Shown piece after piece: positions 1 to 12,771 of a DNA stretch of 64,000 nucleotides. Position numbers and translations under genes: made by a program. Source of the stretch: Eledone cirrhosa (lineage: Eukaryota); contig OZ024740.1 in assembly GCA_964016885.1 (NCBI GenBank), positions 347,262,001 through 347,326,000 on the forward strand, in the 5' to 3' direction. The notes under the pieces were generated by a model. It was not told the DNA's origin and did not search any database. It saw only the letters and a program-made list of their open reading frames with translations. Every line of letters starts with the position of its first letter. Within the stretch, counting starts at the first letter, position 1.

Positions 1-701
1 CACACACACATATATATACATATATATACATATATATATAGATACATATATATATATATAAAGATTGTTTGTCCTCCATTTTTATTATTAATGATATTAT
101 CATCTTTCATAACAATAATAATTATAAAAATATTAATATAATAATAATAATAACAATGACGAACAATAAGTATTTCTCAAGTAGAATAATGAGGAGCTTT
201 TACACATAAATACCCCCCCCCCCCCCCCACACACACATACTGATTAAACCATAAAACATAAACAAAGACAAACAAAGGCGGAATATACAATAAAAAATGC
301 AAAATGAAAGATAAATGTGGAAAACTTTTTCAAATAAATGTGACAAAACTATTAAAAGGAAAAATATATATGCGACAAATAAAAAAACAAAATATCATCG
401 ACCTCCTTCAATCTGCTTCTCCTAGTATGTATATTTAAATGAATTTTTATCTCGAGCATTCTTATAAGTATCTCAGGGAGTGCAGGCCGTTTATTCTACA
501 AGTATCATGCATCTTCAAATGAGGAATATGGTACACATACACACAATTATACCCACTCAAACACATACAGTCACGCATACATAATCACATGAACCCATAA
601 CCACACACATAACTACATACTCACACGCAAACACATTGGTGACGTGAAGATAGACAAACAATGATAAGCGAATGTCTCATGTATGCTGCTCCCACAAAAA
701 T

Positions 702-765
<64 letters not shown>

Positions 766-1169
766 ATATATTTATATATATATGTACATATATAGAGGAA
801 GAAAGAGAGAGAGAGAACGAGAGAGATTTAGAGCACGATCATGACTCGATATAAATATATATTTGCACGTGTATATGCATTTTACCTCTATTCCCATATC
901 TACGAATCGCTCTCTCCTATTCTTTCGGTCTTTACCCTCTCTCTCTTACTCTCTCTCTCACTTCCTCTCTCTTACTGTCTATCTCTCTCTCTCTTTACCC
1001 TGTCTCTCATTGGCTGTATATGTATATATACATACTCAATATGCATTTACCCATTGCGTATGTACTTAGACACATCACCCCATAACAGATATAAAAATAT
1101 GAATGCACTTATGCGACACACAAAGACACACAAACATAGTCACACACACACAGACACAGACACACACAG

Positions 1170-1214
<45 letters not shown>

Positions 1215-1534
1215 AGTGGAGAGATCACACGTATGTGCGCGCATAAACTTAAACAAAGCCTGCGCGCACAATTAGATGTGCCTCCTGAATATATGATGAA
1301 ATAAACCAATAGGAATTGAAAGAGTTATAAAGAAATCAATGTAAGAAGTGTTCTTTTAAATAACAATATAGAACAGCAGCTAAAATAAAGTAACAAAAGA
1401 ACAATTGATGAAGTGGAATAGAATAGGACAATTTAGATAGTTGCATTTGGATAGTTGTATTTTCCTTATTATTTTTCCTTCGATTGTTATAGTTGTTATT
1501 GATGATGTTATTTTTTTTGTTCTTATCATATAAT

Positions 1535-1573
<39 letters not shown>

Positions 1574-1635
1574 ATGTGTGTGTGAGTGTATGTGTATATA
1601 TATGTTTGTGTATATATATATATATATATATATAC

Positions 1636-1715
<80 letters not shown>

Positions 1716-1719
1716 ATAT

Positions 1720-1797
<78 letters not shown>

Positions 1798-1830
1798 TAT
1801 TATATATTATATATATACATATATATATAA
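1535..1830. repeat. (TA)n/(TG)n microsatellite block, representative of dozens across the window
   Basis: Direct reading. Confidence 0.95.
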
Positions 1831-4540
1831 TTTATTGTTTCATTTCTTTATTTCTGTATTGGTATTTAGCTTCTCTCTTTGCTGCCATTTTTTGCATTAT
1901 TCTTCAGCTGACACTCCATAAATAACAAAATGTGTCTCCTTAAAACGTATGTTATTGGCTTTATCATCTGTTTTAATCGCATCAAAGTAAATTAGATTTC
2001 TGCTTCTTCCTAGCTGCGAACGAATCGATTAGAATTCAAGGCAGCCCTGAAAATAAAAAGTATGATCGAAATATGAATTTCGGGAGGATTCTATACTACA
2101 CTTCACACGTTTACTTATAAAGTGAAACTCACACGAAGACGAAAATCCACCAGATATATATATATAGTCATCGTACAAACTAGCAATGAAATATAATAAT
2201 GAATTGTATGAAATAATGCCATGAACGAGTTACATATTTAGTTAAGAATTGGATCAGTTACAATTCTAGCTAGAAATAGATAAATGTATTTATAGATTTG
2301 AAAATGAATTTGTAACGCAAACCATTGGAACATTGCAGATCTTGAAATATGATATATTTTAAAATATTACAATCATCTAAAAGAAATATATCCAAACTGC
2401 AGCTCTGCTCCTTACATCATAACCAACCTCATATTCGAGTGAATTTGAAAAGTTCTCCTCTGAGTGGAATACTTAAAGCAATAGAATAAATTGTTGCTCA
2501 TAGTAGTTTGACCAACTACACATGCTGATCTTTAACTAAATAATATCAATCTATTGTTTATATTTAAAGATAAATATTATTTCATGATAGTACTGTAAGA
2601 AATATAACTAGGTTATAAGTAAATGTTGCACAAAGTGTCCTCCTTGAATCCACCAAATAAAGGTTATTCCTCTACGTGCATTCATTTCTACAAAAGCTGT
2701 TGAAAAGAGCCATGTATCATAATTAACTAAATCACCTTTTAATTTCTCCGCAATGGCCCACTTCCGATTGGTCACAAGCCTATCAGTAAAAAGGTAGGTT
2801 GGATAAGTGATTCCTTTCTTCCATAAAAAAAATAAACACCAACTCCAGGTTTTAGAGCAACATAAGTGTGTAAAACACTAAAGGAGATAACATTAATTAA
2901 ATTCGAAACGGTGTGTCGTTGAAATGATGATAGAAAGTTGTTTCTCAATGTTACCTCTTGCAACCGCTGCAGCTTGATTTTCAAATGTATTATCCGTTTC
3001 ATCCATTTTGGATTAATTACCATGACCAGGAAATGTTACTTGACAAGTGAACATGTGGCGTCCGTCTTATAATGATGTTCAGAAAAACAGGATATTATAG
3101 TTACATCAGCACCTAAATGTGTACAGCGGGTTCCGTTCCTGCTTGAAACAAACGTATTTCCTTTTTCTCAGTTAAGGTTTCTAGCCAATGTACGTCATAT
3201 CATATTCTCTATTATTCTTCGAAAACTATTAAAATGCTATAATTTTCTCTAACATTTCACAACAGCTTAAAAGAGACAAGAATGCTGCGAGTCCGTGTTT
3301 GATCTAGAGATGAAGTGATTGGCATAATCACTGCTAACATTTTGTTCATCGAAGGAGCATATACGTGCGAGTTCGGTCTGCTAAAATAGCAATCGCAAAC
3401 TCCTCAAACCACATCTTGCCATCTTTAAAAAGATACGATATATGGAATAATATGATCTGTACACATTTTATGAACATAATATAGAATTGTCAAGGCTGCG
3501 GCATTTTGACCATTGATTTGGGTGGTTTGACATTGTGGATGTCCGATAATGGCATCCTTCTTCCATATAAAACCGTTGACGGATTTCTAAGTTATCAAAA
3601 CTTTCTGTGGAGCCTGGCGGGTAATATATCAAAATATCTAAAATTTACGAAGATCAACGTCTGAGAGGGAGTTTCGATTCTGATGTGAAGTAGTTTCCTT
3701 TCACCTGACTTCCTTCAACCGCTTGGAGAGAATCTGAACATTCAAAATATACTTATCTAATATATAATACAAAACATTTGCGTCTAGCCAAAAGAAATGC
3801 CTCCAAAACTAACAATACATTTACTTCTGCCAAATAAAACATTATAAACAAAATAGTGATTTTAAAAAAAAGACAAACAGCAATAGAAGATATAACGGCA
3901 AGCAAAAATATGAATCAAATACAAAACTACGGTGAATAAAAATACACAAAGATAATTAAAAATATATAAGACGTACAGAAACCTATTATTTAGAATAATA
4001 ACGAATTGCCTTAAAAACAAAATTTCTCTACGCAAATAAATCTACAGTAAAACAGAATATTCGAAGTACGAAAAAATACACATATATAAACAATGGCATA
4101 TCCCTCCGGTTATACCTGATATCAGCTGTAAAAATATTGATGAGGAAAGCCATGTGAAACAATTGCCCTCCCAACAAAAATTGATATGAATAAAAACAAG
4201 AGAAAATTGCATTCGTGACGAATATGAAACATTTGCATATAACTAATGTTGTTTACTTTATTCAAGTGGACCATTCAAATCTTCAGACATGGTGCCAATT
4301 ATTTATAGTAAACGTGCATTTTCTAGTAATAAAGAATGACAGAATAACAGTATGATCTATTGTATTACTCTCTCTCAAACTCTTTTGCTTTCTCACTTTC
4401 TGTATTTCTTTTTTCTTTATTCCCCCTCCTCTCTCATATATGTTTCTATGTAAGCGAAAAGTAAACAGAAAACAAAAAAGGAAGCAATAAAGTACAATGA
4501 CGATATTTATTATCTTAACCCGTGATAGAGTAGGAAATGG

Positions 4541-4575
4541 TTTTATCGGTTCGGACACTTGTCCTTCATCAGAAT
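4541..4575 (-). ncRNA. Degenerate minimal hammerhead motif
   Basis: Minus strand CTGATGA-a-GGAC-aagt-GTCC-GAACCGATA; the last part looks like a decayed GAAACCGGTA seen elsewhere in the window. Confidence 0.5.
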
Positions 4576-4678
4576 ATATAATAAGAAATAGAAAGATAGA
4601 GGAGCGTGAGAAGATGAAGAAACGGAACAAACATTTTTTTGAGTAAAAACAAGTTTGTCTCGAGTTAGCCATTTTGGC

Positions 4679-4740
<62 letters not shown>

Positions 4741-4742
<2 letters not shown>

Positions 4743-4886
4743 CGAAGGAAGTGTGGTAAGGAACCAGGTGGACCATAACGCACCAGAGTACTCGATACTT
4801 AGGGGAGCAGAGTGGGTAATAGGTCTGAACAGACCTAGCTGTCGAAACGGCCGGAGCTCAGCCGTCGGGGTCGTGACTCATTTCCT
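4741..4886. mobile_element. Family A pLTR fold-back remnant (antisense end joined to the sense HHR 3' half)
   Basis: 4741-4823 is antisense to about 12216-12298, followed by sense gtcgaaacggccggagctcagccgtcggggtc. Lies between (TA)n tracts. Confidence 0.8.
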
Positions 4887-5198
4887 ATATGTATATATAT
4901 ATATATATATTGCTATTCTTGGGTAACGTTCTGAAAAAGAGAACTCAATATATTAAAAATGATAGCATATAAAGTCTATATGCGTATGTAACTCTGTATG
5001 TCTGTGTGTATATATGCGCATTGATTGATTAAGAAGTGATGTTTATAGAAGTAGTCCTAATTCTGTCGGTTATGAAGTTTTCAGAGAGTACTGTTTTATA
5101 TTACCCATTCTGGACACACGCCGGAGATTGACCAAATACAGTTGGATCACATAGGTAAAGTCGTCAGATTCTGAAACACTCACCGAGCGATTCTAGGT

Positions 5199-5318
<120 letters not shown>

Positions 5319-6122
5319 CATGTGGGTGGTGTATTCGCCATTCGTGATAAAATAACATTGGTTAATTGTCCGTTAGATCTGCTTTCACCAAAATATACGT
5401 ATTATTTACATGTAGACATTATATTCATTTATTCCTATTCATAGACATTGAAACCGCAGCATACAATAATATCTATGGCAATAAACAACGTTAACAGAAA
5501 CATGTGCATGTAAATAGTGGAAGCTGATGTGTTAAAACATGAATAATTAACACGATATGGAGTTAGTCAACTGAATTAGTTATAGCCGATTTACAAGTTT
5601 GACTGATCAGTATAAAAAAAGAGTTGACTGAGTAAATCGATTAAGCTATGTGCATTTACGCGAATATTTTGAATATAATATTTTTGCGTTCAAAGTAATA
5701 CAAAAATTATTTTATATTTACCTATTACAAAAGATGCCGTCGAAAAACTTTCACCACAGACAATTAGCTTATAATATTCACTTATATCGGAAGGATAAGG
5801 AACATAAATAGATATTCATAGACACAAATGCAGCCACCAGTAGAGAAACACATACGCACAAACACACATGTATATATATACAAGAAGGTAGTCCAGCATA
5901 ATCGAAGCTCTAGTTGCGGGCAAGCTAACGAATGTTGTTGGGAAGTGCAGTCAAAAGCACTCAATAAGAATTTTACCTTAGAATTATAACATTACGTAAA
6001 TTGAAGCCAGCGACCGAAAAGCGAGCCGCTAGGACCAGAACAACGAAAAATCCGACTCAGCGAAAAGTTTAACTGTTACCTGGACCTTCATGGACATATT
6101 ACGTAATATTATATAACATCTC

Positions 6123-6312
6123 AACTGGACGCTGGATTGGCAGTATCGGTAGAGGGTCGGACGCTATGCTTTACAGCACAGAGTTACGCCCCTTTACGAT
6201 GTGAGTGGAAATCCCGCCAAGGTTAACCTTGCCTTTCATCCTTACGGGGTCGATAAAATAAAGTACCAGTAATGTACTGGATAATTGCTGGCCTTGTGCA
6301 AAAGTAGAAACA
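6123..6312 (+). mobile_element. tRNA-derived SINE, full length, with 15-bp TSD
   Basis: A-box-like tggcagtatcgg, central ttgcctttcatccttacggggtcgataaaataaagtaccag, tail gccttgtgcaaaagtagaaacaatt. TSD attatataacatctc at 6108-6122 and 6313-6327. Confidence 0.9.
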
Positions 6313-6656
6313 ATTATATAACATCTCCACTAGGTTTCTGTAAATCCGAAACCAACAAAATCCATTTGCAGGGGCCTGCAAGTTAATTGGGCTTTGGAAG
6401 ATATAACAGTGGAATTTACTTGGTCAACAAGTTTTCGTTCTGCCTCCGCCGGTTGCAAGAACTAGTAGTAAACACTGCTAGTAGTCACGTTGTTTCTCCG
6501 AAGGGAGAAATTCAAAAATTTGAACAAAGGATTTAAATCCTTTACACAAACCAAATGAAAGCTCTCAACTAGATGTTATTAAGCATAAAAGATTAACCAA
6601 TCAATAGAAGTGTCTAATTAAATTAATCAATTAATCATTAAATCTAGGAGATAATA

Positions 6657-6840
6657 GTTGTTTCTACGTTAGGCACAATGCCAGCAATTACCCAGTGCAT
6701 TACTGGTACTTTATTTTATCGACCCCGTAAAGATGAAAGGCAAAGTCAACCTCGGCGGGATTTGAACTCAGATCCTAAAGGGACGTAACTATGCTGGAAA
6801 GCATGGCGTCCGACACTCTACCGATACTGCCAATCCACCG
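6657..6840 (-). mobile_element. tRNA-derived SINE (same family)
   Basis: Reverse complement of the consensus, with B-box gagttcaaatc; gagataata on both sides. Confidence 0.9.
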
Positions 6841-7016
6841 AGATAATAATGCAAGAAGGTAGTACAGCGTAATCGAAGCTCTGGTTGCGGGCAAGCTAAC
6901 GAATGTTGTCGGGAAGTGCAGCCAAAAGCACTCAATAAGGAATTTTACCTTAGAGTTATAAGATTACGTTTAGACAGCTATGCAAATTGAAGCCAACGAC
7001 CGAATAGCGAACCGCT

Positions 7017-7092
<76 letters not shown>

Positions 7093-7993
7093 GTTATGTA
7101 TATTTGGTTATATATATATATATGGCTAATGTCTTCAACACATAAATGATGCTACCTCTGGTTTCAAACGTTGCATGTATAGATTGCGGCGGTTGCACAG
7201 ATACATATACGACGCAATCTTTTAGGCAACTCTAAACAAAGATGGCCGAGACTATTAACGTGAGATCTCGTTAGGTGCAAGGGTGATAACCCACCACCTT
7301 AATTAGTCTTTAGTTTTCCTAATTCAAGGGGGATAACTCTTCCTAATAGAATAGTGAATCAGCTATTAATTAAGGAGTATTCCCAAATCAGGGGAAGAAA
7401 TCTTGTTAATATAGTGTAATATGATATATCTTGGGGTCAAATACTAATTATGTGTGTATCTACTAGTGTGTGTAGGCCATTGAGCGTATCTGCGTATGGA
7501 TTTATGTATGGTGTTTGTGGGTGTTTGGATTTGTGGGACTACACACACTGACATTTCAACACCTTAATAACCATACATTTGAACCCATTGCTACTAAACA
7601 CTCAAAATACACAGACATCAAAAATGCCATCTTCACCCATATTATGAATGGTAAGAGCATTTTCTATTTCTAAACAAGTGAATTCAATTGGATATTGACT
7701 TATTGAACAACACTTCCACCGCCAACACTGCACCTTCATAAAAAAACATGTATAAGAATAAATGTTGACAGAAAATTCGCATATATTCATTCTGCTCACA
7801 GAATATACGTAAAACATTTTTTTGAATATTTAGTATTTAATTTTTGAAAATATTGTTATTACCATCTAAATCGGTTGTATTACAATGTAAAGTAATATAT
7901 ATATATAGAGAGAGAGAGGTGGAAAAGAATGAAATGAAATGTCATTTCTCACTCTTAGTACGGCTGATACTTAAATATAAGTATGTATACGTA

Positions 7994-8064
7994 TATACAT
8001 ATATGTATACAGACGTACAGTAGTATGTATATATATACATACATGCACACATAAATATATGTAC

Positions 8065-8156
<92 letters not shown>

Positions 8157-8227
8157 GTACATATATTTATGTGTGCATGTATGTATATATATACATACTA
8201 CTGTACGTCTGTATACATATATGTATA
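7994..8227. repeat. Perfect palindrome centred on (AT)n
   Basis: About 70 bp of flank (tatacagacgtacagtagtatg...gcacacataaatatatgtacg) is mirrored exactly across the (AT)n tract. Confidence 0.9.
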
Positions 8228-8293
8228 CGACCCGACCATGAGACAGGTTGTACTGGGATACATGTTACCAGTAGCACCAACTGGTGACCTGAC

Positions 8294-8346
<53 letters not shown>

Positions 8347-8349
<3 letters not shown>

Positions 8350-8912
8350 GTCAGGTCCCATGGTCGGGTCGTTGGCGACTAAACTGGCAACCCTACCAAG
8401 GTTTCTTGGTGAGAAGGGTGACTTTGGACATCCTGCAGGACTAAAAACAAAACCTGTCAAAGGGCAAAGGAGCTCTTAAGAGTCAATGCCCATCCAAAAT
8501 CACCGGGAGAGATGACCCCTTAGCCTTTGTCAAAGCAGAATTCTAGGAGAAGGAAAACTCTGATATAAGACCTGCAACTCTGATGGTATCCAATGATGTT
8601 GACTTGTTCTTCTTTTTGGTAAATATCATCTTGGTTAAGAGAGTGGGACTGGCTTTGTGCAGTGCCTTTGCTCACTATAAAAGCTTCACGGCACAGGCAT
8701 TGCTTTATATCTGGAGATCTCTCTGCACTCATCGTCACATGGTACCATGGGCCCAACACTATGTGTCAATAATTGTCACAAGTGTAGTGTTTGTACCAGA
8801 GTTTTCAAGTCGCTGGCTGGACTAAAAAGTCACACTCGTTCAGCGCATCGGTAGGGTTCTCCTACATGTATATAAAGTAGTAGTCGCACTCGAAAACGAG
8901 TTGGCAGCCACC
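8347..8912 (+). mobile_element. Non-autonomous element, probably derived from an RTE-LINE 5' UTR
   Basis: Contains ctaggagaaggaaaactctgat (RTE 5' UTR-like, from recall). 8515-8912 recurs inverted at 62745-63137; the 5' part recurs inverted at 30085-30267 and 8228-8293. Confidence 0.55.
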
Positions 8913-8913
8913 A

Positions 8914-8995
<82 letters not shown>

Positions 8996-8996
8996 A

Positions 8997-9128
8997 AAGA
9001 GCTTCTACAGGACTAGAACTGTTTCATTCGTGATCCTTCAGAAGCTCTTCTTTATTAAAACATTTATACTCTGTTATTTATTGAGTACCCTACTTAATGT
9101 GGTTACCTCCGATTCAACCCGGAATAAC
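8997..9128. mobile_element. Family B pLTR fold-back (antisense HHR joined to sense tail)
   Basis: Minus strand ctgaagg-atcacgaat-GAAACAGttctagtcCTGTAgaagctctt, then plus-strand tail as at 16350-16420. Confidence 0.75.
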
Positions 9129-9160
9129 TTATATATAAATATATATTTATATATATATAT

Positions 9161-9282
9161 AACTGCCGGAACTAAGCTGCCGGGGACCTCACTCATTTCC
9201 TATTACCCACTTTACTAACCTAAGTATTGAGTACTCTGGTGCGTTTTGATGCACCTGGTATCTTACCACACCCTCTTTGTTA
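9161..9282 (+). mobile_element. Family A pLTR 3' fragment
   Basis: Similar to 12180-12298 and to the reverse complement of 12506-12628; within (TA)n. Confidence 0.75.
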
Positions 9283-9284
9283 TA

Positions 9285-9396
<112 letters not shown>

Positions 9397-9421
9397 TATA
9401 TATATATATACATATATATAC

Positions 9422-9468
<47 letters not shown>

Positions 9469-9471
9469 CAG

Positions 9472-9528
<57 letters not shown>

Positions 9529-9669
9529 AACGAGTAGGACCCCGACGGCTGAGCTCAAGCCATTTCGACGGCTAATTCTGGACTAAACGAAAATGTTTAT
9601 CCTGGTAAATGAATAACCGAGCTTCTCAGGGCGTAATTCCATATATGGTAAAAGTGATTGTCACAAGGA

Positions 9670-11045
9670 TTGGTCAGAAGTTACTATGCTTCAATTACCT
9701 TACCGCTCCTTACGGCCGCCTTGGACTTTGCCCAGACACTTGCGCCCATCACCGACCAGGAAAGAAATATCATCCTCCACGCCAGGAAGACAGTCCTACT
9801 TTTCGACAACTCCAAATGGATAAAGAGAGCTGCCGACTCCCCCTTCGACGTCAGTATGTGCGCGACGGATTCGGCTGAGGTCACAGATCTTATAGAATTA
9901 TTCCTACTAGTTAAACTCACCGATATGTTTCCTGCATTCCGCGGTGGATTGTACCGTGCTGATCGGCTCCTTACCCTTAAAGGGTACAACCCCAGTAGTA
10001 CAGACCGGGTCCATAAATAATTAATCAGCTTCTTCCGCGACTGGGGATTTAAAATAACCCTACAAACGTCCCTAACCCGAGTAAACTTCCTGGACGTTAC
10101 CCTTGACCTTGATAATGATCTGTACTACCCATACAGGAACCCAAACGACAACCTGCACTACATCCACCGCCGGTCAAACCATCCTAGAAACATCACCAAT
10201 AACCTGATTAAAAATATCTCCGTCCGCAGATCTCGTTTGTCCGCTAATGAGCAGATATTCGAGGAACATTCGCCTTATTACAACCAGGCCCTCAAGCGGA
10301 GTGGCTTCCGGGAGGAAATATCCTACTGTCCAGCTTCCATTATCGGAACCAGCAGGCGACACCGCCGCTCACGCAACGTAACATGGTTCAATCCTCCCCA
10401 CAACGCCGAGGTGACAACACCTATCGGGAAAATCTTCTTTAGGCTCATCGAAAAACACTTCCGACTACAACACCGCTACCACAACATAATCAACAAAAAT
10501 ACCATTAAACTCTCCTACAGCACCACACCTAACTTTGCACAAAACATCGTCTCCTCTAACAACAAAAAACTCAACCCCTATGGAAGAAATAAGCTAGAAA
10601 GCAGTGGAGAGCCGACCGGGAGGTGTAATTGTCTTGTTGGATCCATTTTCCCCCTCGACAACAGATGCAGAGATCGTAATGTGATCTACCAGTGCAACGT
10701 GAGGACGGAACCTCCAACAAAGCTTATATTGGATTAACCGCTTGTGACTTCAAGAATCGGCTATACCAACATGACATACTTTCCGAAATCCAGCCCGGCG
10801 TCACGCCACTACATTTTCGGGCCACATCTGGGACCTGAAAGATAACAACATAACCTATAATCTCACTTGGAGCTTACTGTCCAGAGCCAACTCTTACACG
10901 GGAGGATGCCGCCCGTGTAACTTATACTCGGAGGAAACATTACAAATGCTGTTTTCGACGGACCAACTCCTAAACAAGAAAGACGAACTGGTAACTGCAT
11001 GCAAACACAAATTGCGTAGGACTTACCTCGCCCTCAAACCCCATA
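9670..11045 (+). pseudogene. Disrupted PLE reverse transcriptase (C-terminal half), thumb and GIY-YIG endonuclease
   Basis: FDVSMCATDSAEVTDLIELFLL and GLYRAD (decayed GLYRDD); VNFLDVTLDL after a stop; VTWFNPP; CNC-x5-(F)PLDNRC; then in shifted frames YIGLTACDFKNR, HIWDLKD, CRPCNL, LLNKKDELVTACKH. These motifs match the Naiad PLE clade as I recall it. Stops and frameshifts are present. Confidence 0.88.
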
Positions 11046-12109
11046 ATGACCCGGGGGGTTGGACAAGGGCTGTAACACCCCGCTTGTCGACTTTGTAATG
11101 GGTAACCCCTGCTTACAAAGGTAGAAGTAAGATTTTCTTATATAATTTTGATCGTTTCCTCTATATTTCCTTCTTCCCCCATCCCTTCCTAGTCCTTCCA
11201 CCCCAGGTCTCCTTCTTTGTCGTCGTTATTTTCACCTTCTCGCCCACCCCAAGGCAGACCATCGGCCCTCTGTAGCCTCAGTACCCCCACCCCACCCCCT
11301 ATTCTATGATAGAATTGGCCGACTCCGCTTTTTATAGCAGATCTGCTAGACCCCAGATACTTGCTTTCTTATCTGATTGCTGCCCCATTTCCGTGATTTC
11401 TAGATTTCTTAGTGGTATCTTTGCTTTAGTTTCTCGTATATCAGTATTTATTATTTTTTTTAATCTTTTCATATATATCGTACGAGCATTTATGTAGTTT
11501 GCATTAGAATTTATGTATTGTAGCGGTACTCTTATATATCGTATTAGTATTTATTTTCAGGATTCTGAATTAATATTTCGTATTAGTTTCGGGACTCTGA
11601 ATTATTATTTCGTATTAGTTTTTTTTAGTATTTTGGCCCCCTACTTGTTGACCTGTCATTGTAAGATAGATTTGGCCGATTACTACTAACTCATAAAATT
11701 CTTTCACTACAATCTCGTATTTAGTATCCCGCCCCACCTATTAAACCTTTCTATAGTTTAGCAGTACCAGTGAGAGATTTGATGATTAAGGTAGGGGAAT
11801 AGTAACCAGAAATTGTGATTTTTTTATATTTTTAAAATTCTTATTTTTCTATATAGATTAACTCCATATAGATTTACTTATTGTTTCGACTTCCTACCCC
11901 CTACCCCTCTTGACCTCTTATCCTTAAGATTCTGCTGTAGTTGTCACTTTCAACGCACGACTGGGTTTCCTCCACTCCCTCTCCCTCTTTCTTCTACTGG
12001 CAAAGTCAGCTACCCCTACCTTCCACAAAATGCCATGATAGAATTATGTGTCTCAAAAACAAACTTTTCACCAATCCTTGTGACAATCACTTTTACCATT
12101 TATGGAATT

Positions 12110-12205
12110 ACCGCCCGAGAAGCTCGGCTATTCATTTACCAGGACAAACATTTTCATTTAGTCCAGAATTAGCCGTCGAAACGGCTTGAGCTCAGCCGTC
12201 GGGGT
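12110..12205 (+). ncRNA. Hammerhead ribozyme-like motif in the 3' pLTR of the Naiad element (family A), degenerate core CCGAGAA
   Basis: CCGAGAA-gctCGGCTA...TAGCCGtc-GAA-ACGGCT-tgagctc-AGCCGT-C-ggggt. The mirror copy at about 9540-9634 (-) has core CTGAGAA. Confidence 0.6.
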
Positions 12206-12366
12206 CCTACTCGTTCCTATTACCCAGTCTACTACCCTATGTATTGAGTACTTTGGTGCGTTATGGTCCATCTGGTTCCTTACCACTTTTCCTTCGTTAT
12301 ATATATATATATATGTATATATATATGTATATATATATATGTGTATGTGTGTGTGTATATATATAT

Positions 12367-12399
<33 letters not shown>

Positions 12400-12410
12400 C
12401 ATATATATAC

Positions 12411-12505
<95 letters not shown>

Positions 12506-12508
<3 letters not shown>

Positions 12509-12684
12509 CAAAGAGGGTGTGGTAAGATACGAGCTGGATCATAACGCACCAGAGTACTCAATACTTAGGTTATTAAAGAGGGTAATAGGAAATGGGTGAG
12601 GTCCCCGACGGCTTAGTTCCGGCAGTTCGGACTTCGCTGTCGAAATGGCCGGAGCTCAGCCGTCGCGATCCTGACTCTTTTCCT
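12506..12684. mobile_element. Family A pLTR fold-back remnant
   Basis: Antisense pLTR end (12506-12628) followed by sense gctgtcgaaatggccggagctcagccgtc; flanked by (TA)n. Confidence 0.8.
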
Positions 12685-12771
12685 ATATATATCCAAAATT
12701 AAATTAAGGGTGTCATGTCCGAGAGACAGGCGCCATATCCACTGTAGAATAAGCTCAAAGATTCCAATGAA

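Larger units (their letters stand above)
5881..7021. repeat. Direct repeat pair (5881-6033 and 6852-7021) separated by about 820 bp containing two SINEs
   Basis: caagaaggtagt(c/a)cagc..aatcgaagctct..ttgcgggcaagctaacgaatgttgt..ggaagtgcag recurs 971 bp later. Confidence 0.85.
9526..12298 (+). mobile_element. 5'-truncated Penelope-like element, Naiad-type, with inverted pLTR at the 5' junction and sense pLTR at the 3' end, bounded by (TA)n
   Basis: 9526-9674 is the reverse complement of about 12070-12218. Broken RT and GIY-YIG frames lie between them, followed by about 1 kb of 3' UTR. Both ends abut (TA)n. Confidence 0.9.

Noticed and set aside
10620-11010. Possible selenocysteine (in-frame TGA) at conserved Cys sites, as reported for some Naiad PLEs
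   Set aside because: The Cys positions I could read are TGT/TGC or point-mutated (TTC, TAC), with no TGA. The 48.3 kb fragment also uses TGC.
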